Part shown: positions 37,438 to 40,297 of the stretch, in pieces
Numbering within the stretch: position 1 is the stretch's first letter
How the letters are laid out: each line of letters begins with the position of its first letter
Assembly: GCA_002700865.1 (NCBI GenBank)
Contig: PAFB01000141.1
Location: 1-40,297 of the forward strand
From: Rhodospirillaceae bacterium
GTDB taxonomy: Bacteria; Pseudomonadota; Alphaproteobacteria; UBA7985
DNA: 40,297 nt
Reading direction: 5' to 3'
Made by a program: the position numbers and the translations under genes
The notes under the pieces: generated by a model
What the model was told of the DNA's origin: nothing
Databases searched by the model: none
Seen by the model: only the letters and a program-made list of their open reading frames with translations

Positions 37438-38574
37438 TCAGGCCGACAGTCGTTCAGGGGCAAGATCAGACAGCGCCACACCTTCGGCAACCATAGACGC
37501 AGGCAGTGGCTTTCCCAAGACCAGGGCAGCAGCAAGTTCCCCCAGTGCTGGCGCGGTTTGGATGCCGTAACCACCCTGCCCCGCCAACCAGAAAAAGCCG
37601 GGCACTTTGGCTGAAAATCCGGCAACAGGGCATTTGTCGGCGACAAAACTCCGCAAGCCCGCCCAGCGCGTTTGTATTCGCGTCACGCGCAGGTCAAAAG
37701 CCCTCTCCACCCGATCGATACAGATCGCGACATCCAGCTCATCCGGTTGCACGTCGCAGGGCAGGTCCGGGTCTTCATTGGCGGGGGAGAGAAGCAACTG
37801 TTGCGAGACCGGTTTGACGTAAAACTCTTCGTTAACGTCCACTGCAATCGGCAAATGACCGATTTCCATATCAGCGGGCGGGTTAATTTGCATGGCCGTG
37901 CGTCGCTTGGGAACCAGGCCGATCGGCTCCGCCCCGGCCATCTGACCCAATTGGTCCGCCCAGGCCCCTGCGGCATTGATCACGCAAGGCGCTTCGAACG
38001 CCCCGGCGGAGGCAGTCTGCACCCGCCATCCGCCAGCCTGCTGCGCCAATGCTGTTACTTCAGCACCGGTCACCACCGAACACCCCTGCGCCCGCGCTCG
38101 CTTCAAAAAGCCTTGATGCAGAGCCGCGACGTCGATGTCCTGACAGTTTTCATCGTAAAGCCCGGCAGTTGCATAGCCCTCGGTCACCAGCGGGTGGAGA
38201 CGCCGGATACCAGCAGCGTCGAGCTGCTGAAAGTTGCCCTCCGACCGAAGTTCGTCATGAAGCTCATTGAGGTCTGGCTCCTGATCCGCACGCGCGATGA
38301 ACAGCGCGCCTCGCGGTGTCAGTATCGGGCTATCCGTGAAGCCAGCGGGCGGGTTGGACATGAAGGCGGCTGAAGCACGGGTCAGCGCCCGGATGGGGGC
38401 TGGGCCATAAACTGGCGCGAACAACGCCGCCGACCGACCTGTGGTGTGGTAGCCGGGCTGAGGCTCACGTTCGAGGACCACCACCCGACAGGCCGCCGAC
38501 AAAGCATCGGCGACGGATGCCCCTGCGATACCGCCGCCAATTACGATTACATCACTTCGGGTCGTTTCGCCCAT
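37438..38574 (-). CDS. FAD-dependent oxidoreductase, DAO/D-amino acid dehydrogenase-like
   Basis: IGGGIAG, GYHTTGRSAA, NAAGAWAD, WAGLRSF and AGQGGYGIQTAPA. Start set at MGETT. Confidence 0.9.
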   Translation of the reverse strand: MGETTRSDVIVIGGGIAGASVADALSAACRVVVLEREPQPGYHTTGRSAALFAPVYGPAPIRALTRASAAFMSNPPAGFTDSPILTPRGALFIARADQEPDLNELHDELRSEGNFQQLDAAGIRRLHPLVTEGYATAGLYDENCQDIDVAALHQGFLKRARAQGCSVVTGAEVTALAQQAGGWRVQTASAGAFEAPCVINAAGAWADQLGQMAGAEPIGLVPKRRTAMQINPPADMEIGHLPIAVDVNEEFYVKPVSQQLLLSPANEDPDLPCDVQPDELDVAICIDRVERAFDLRVTRIQTRWAGLRSFVADKCPVAGFSAKVPGFFWLAGQGGYGIQTAPALGELAAALVLGKPLPASMVAEGVALSDLAPERLSA

Positions 38575-38760
38575 CTTTGCCCGCCCTTGCTTAATGAGAT
38601 TGGCAACAGACTGACGACAATTTGGCAAGCACACAAGACGGTTGGAGACCCATGTCAAACACCGCTGACTCAGGTTTTAGCCAGACCAGAGCGCCCTTAA
38701 GGGGTCTTCACACCGGCAAAAAATTCCGCCAGCACGGCGTTGTTCACGCTTTGATTAAAG

Positions 38761-38792
38761 CAAAAGGCTGACGAAGCGCCGTCAGCCTTTTG
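38761..38792 (-). terminator. Intrinsic terminator, possibly bidirectional
   Basis: CAAAAGGCTGACG-aagcgc-CGTCAGCCTTTTG, a perfect 13-bp stem with U-runs on both strands, ~95 nt after the 38887 stop. Confidence 0.75.
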
Positions 38793-38886
38793 GTTCTTCG
38801 GACTATCCCCTTTTCCCCGCCTCAGCCTCAGCCTCAGGCTTTCAGGGCCAAAGCTGCGGTAAAGGGACCTTTTAGGAGGGCGCAGA

Positions 38887-39315
38887 TCAGCGTCCGCGCA
38901 CCTTCGACAGGCAGGCAATCAGGGTGATAAGCGGAATGAGCATCAGTACCGCCGCAATGATATTGAAACCACTGAAACCATTGTAGCCATAGCTGCTCGC
39001 CATGCCCGCTGCGATGAATTGCGTTCCCATGACAGCGATCACGGCAATGGCGCCAACCCGCGCCCGCACAGGGTCAGCGACGAACAGGCCAATCGCAAAA
39101 ATCATCACGCCCATACCGAGCATGTGCGCGAACCACACGACCTCGACCACAATGGCAATGTTCAACTCTTTCTCAGTCAGGTCGCCGCCCCAGAAACCGG
39201 GAGCGCCGCTGGCGGCTTGGCCTGACGACAGCGCAAACGCTGTGAACGCCGTCAGGAATGCGCCCATGGCCATTAGCCAGAAGCGTGTATTGAGGATGGT
39301 GCTAAGGGCTTGCAT
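38887..39315 (-). CDS. Hypothetical four-TM membrane protein (142 aa)
   Basis: ATG 39315 with GGAGA RBS and four hydrophobic segments. The upstream ORF extension looks non-coding. Confidence 0.7.
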   Translation of the reverse strand: MQALSTILNTRFWLMAMGAFLTAFTAFALSSGQAASGAPGFWGGDLTEKELNIAIVVEVVWFAHMLGMGVMIFAIGLFVADPVRARVGAIAVIAVMGTQFIAAGMASSYGYNGFSGFNIIAAVLMLIPLITLIACLSKVRGR

Positions 39316-39332
39316 ACTGATTCTCCAACAGC

Positions 39333-39365
39333 ATTTAGTGAAAGTCGCATATTGTTTCACTAAAT
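39333..39365. promoter_or_regulatory. Perfect 11-bp inverted repeat, candidate operator or 5' hairpin
   Basis: ATTTAGTGAAA-N11-TTTCACTAAAT just upstream of the RBS of the membrane-protein gene. Confidence 0.55.
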
Positions 39366-39520
39366 TTGCGGTTCTGTCCATGCGCTTTGTGTGAGTGGGT
39401 CCACGGCGTAACCTGACCAAAGATGCGGAGACAGCATGGTTGTTTCGATGCCTCTGGGGCCCGACTTGGGCCTCGGGCGATGGCATGAGCTTCAATGAGA
39501 GCAGCGGCGGCAGCGAGGCT

Positions 39521-40009
39521 TCAGCAACGCGCCCAGACGAACAGGACCCCGTTTCGCTGAACGGCATGCTTGAAGTAAGTACCCAATTTATCACCATCCT
39601 GAACCACGGCACCGCCTGAGGGGATCATGCGCCATGGGATGTTGTTGACCTGGCACCAGCGATAAAGGACAGACCCTTCTTTCTCCACCGAAGGTCTTGG
39701 CTTTGGCGCGGTCACCGAAATGGCAGTTTCCTGGCTGAGCTGATCGCGGAGGCTCGACAGCTCGCGCTGACTGGGCTCCATTTCCCGCCGTAGCAACTGG
39801 ATCTCGTAGCGCTTCAGTTCCAACTCTTGCCGCAACAAGCTGATCTCCTCACGACGCAACTCCAGTTCCTGTTGAAAATAGTTTGTTTCCAACCTTTCGG
39901 CTTCTGCTGAGAGTTCAGCGAAGGAAGCAGAGACTTGTACTTGCGCATTCGACAGTGAGGCTGACAATGCAAGGAGCGAGGTCGTTACTAAAGTGATCGC
40001 TGATTTCAT
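39521..40009 (-). CDS. Hypothetical secreted coiled-coil protein
   Basis: Signal peptide ending SNA, 14-aa repeats ELELRREEISLLRQ/ELELKRYEIQLLRR and a small two-Cys C-terminal domain. Confidence 0.6.
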   Translation of the reverse strand: MKSAITLVTTSLLALSASLSNAQVQVSASFAELSAEAERLETNYFQQELELRREEISLLRQELELKRYEIQLLRREMEPSQRELSSLRDQLSQETAISVTAPKPRPSVEKEGSVLYRWCQVNNIPWRMIPSGGAVVQDGDKLGTYFKHAVQRNGVLFVWARC

Positions 40010-40297
40010 AGAAATCCATACTCAAAATTGCCAAAGATTAACGACGGGCCCGACCTAGTAGAATCAGATACCGCGCTGAGGCGATTCAGCCAAAAATTGG
40101 CGTTGGCGAAACCGTAAGAACTTCTTGAAAATCGGTGAAACTTATCAAGAATTTCTTATTCATTAGCGCCGGAAATATTGAGCTACTTGCATTACTCACC
40201 AAACTGGCAAGTTTAAATTGTTGCTGCATGCCAACGCATTTTAAAAGTAGAAGTAAGGTCACTTCCAATAGCAACATATTTTTTGCGTTTCGATAGA

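Noticed and set aside
38819-38838. (GCCTCA)x3 intergenic repeat
   Set aside because: Too short to support a function; no spacer structure.
40086-40277. 63-aa ORF at the right edge
   Set aside because: No motif, AT-rich, and another frame could equally be the tail of a gene outside the window.

Overview
A gene-dense bacterial window of about 36 CDS, one of them a pseudogene. It is almost entirely catabolic or regulatory, with AT-richer flanks. No rRNA, tRNA, CRISPR, transposase or integrase was recognised. Two regulons can be read from repeated operator DNA. (1) A MarR unit: TATATG-N6-CATATA precedes both marR-DUF3179 and the convergent alkyl sulfatase-GMC oxidoreductase operon. (2) A ~20 kb GntR/HutC unit (14.0-34.4 kb): a shared TTTGTAxTxAC box, twice within a 29/32-identical repeat, precedes an aldehyde dehydrogenase, a sugar operon and a CoA operon with a divergent MFS transporter. 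The sugar operon encodes a fucose-isomerase-like enzyme, YnjB-type ABC importer, GH51, ketose 3-epimerase, DhaL/DhaK and a LacD-type aldolase. The CoA operon encodes an atypical thiolase, DUF35, acyl-CoA ligase, GntR, nucleoside hydrolase and a second DUF3179. The kinase, aldolase and thiolase motifs are remodelled, and the binding protein has a lone Cys-Cys. I infer a pathway that I cannot match to a described one: a furanoside with a blocked or modified distal carbon is cleaved to DHAP plus a substituted aldehyde, then processed via acid and acyl-CoA. The substrate is unproven; 5-substituted ribosides, including arsenosugars, are a speculative candidate. Family calls come from motif recognition without database searches.
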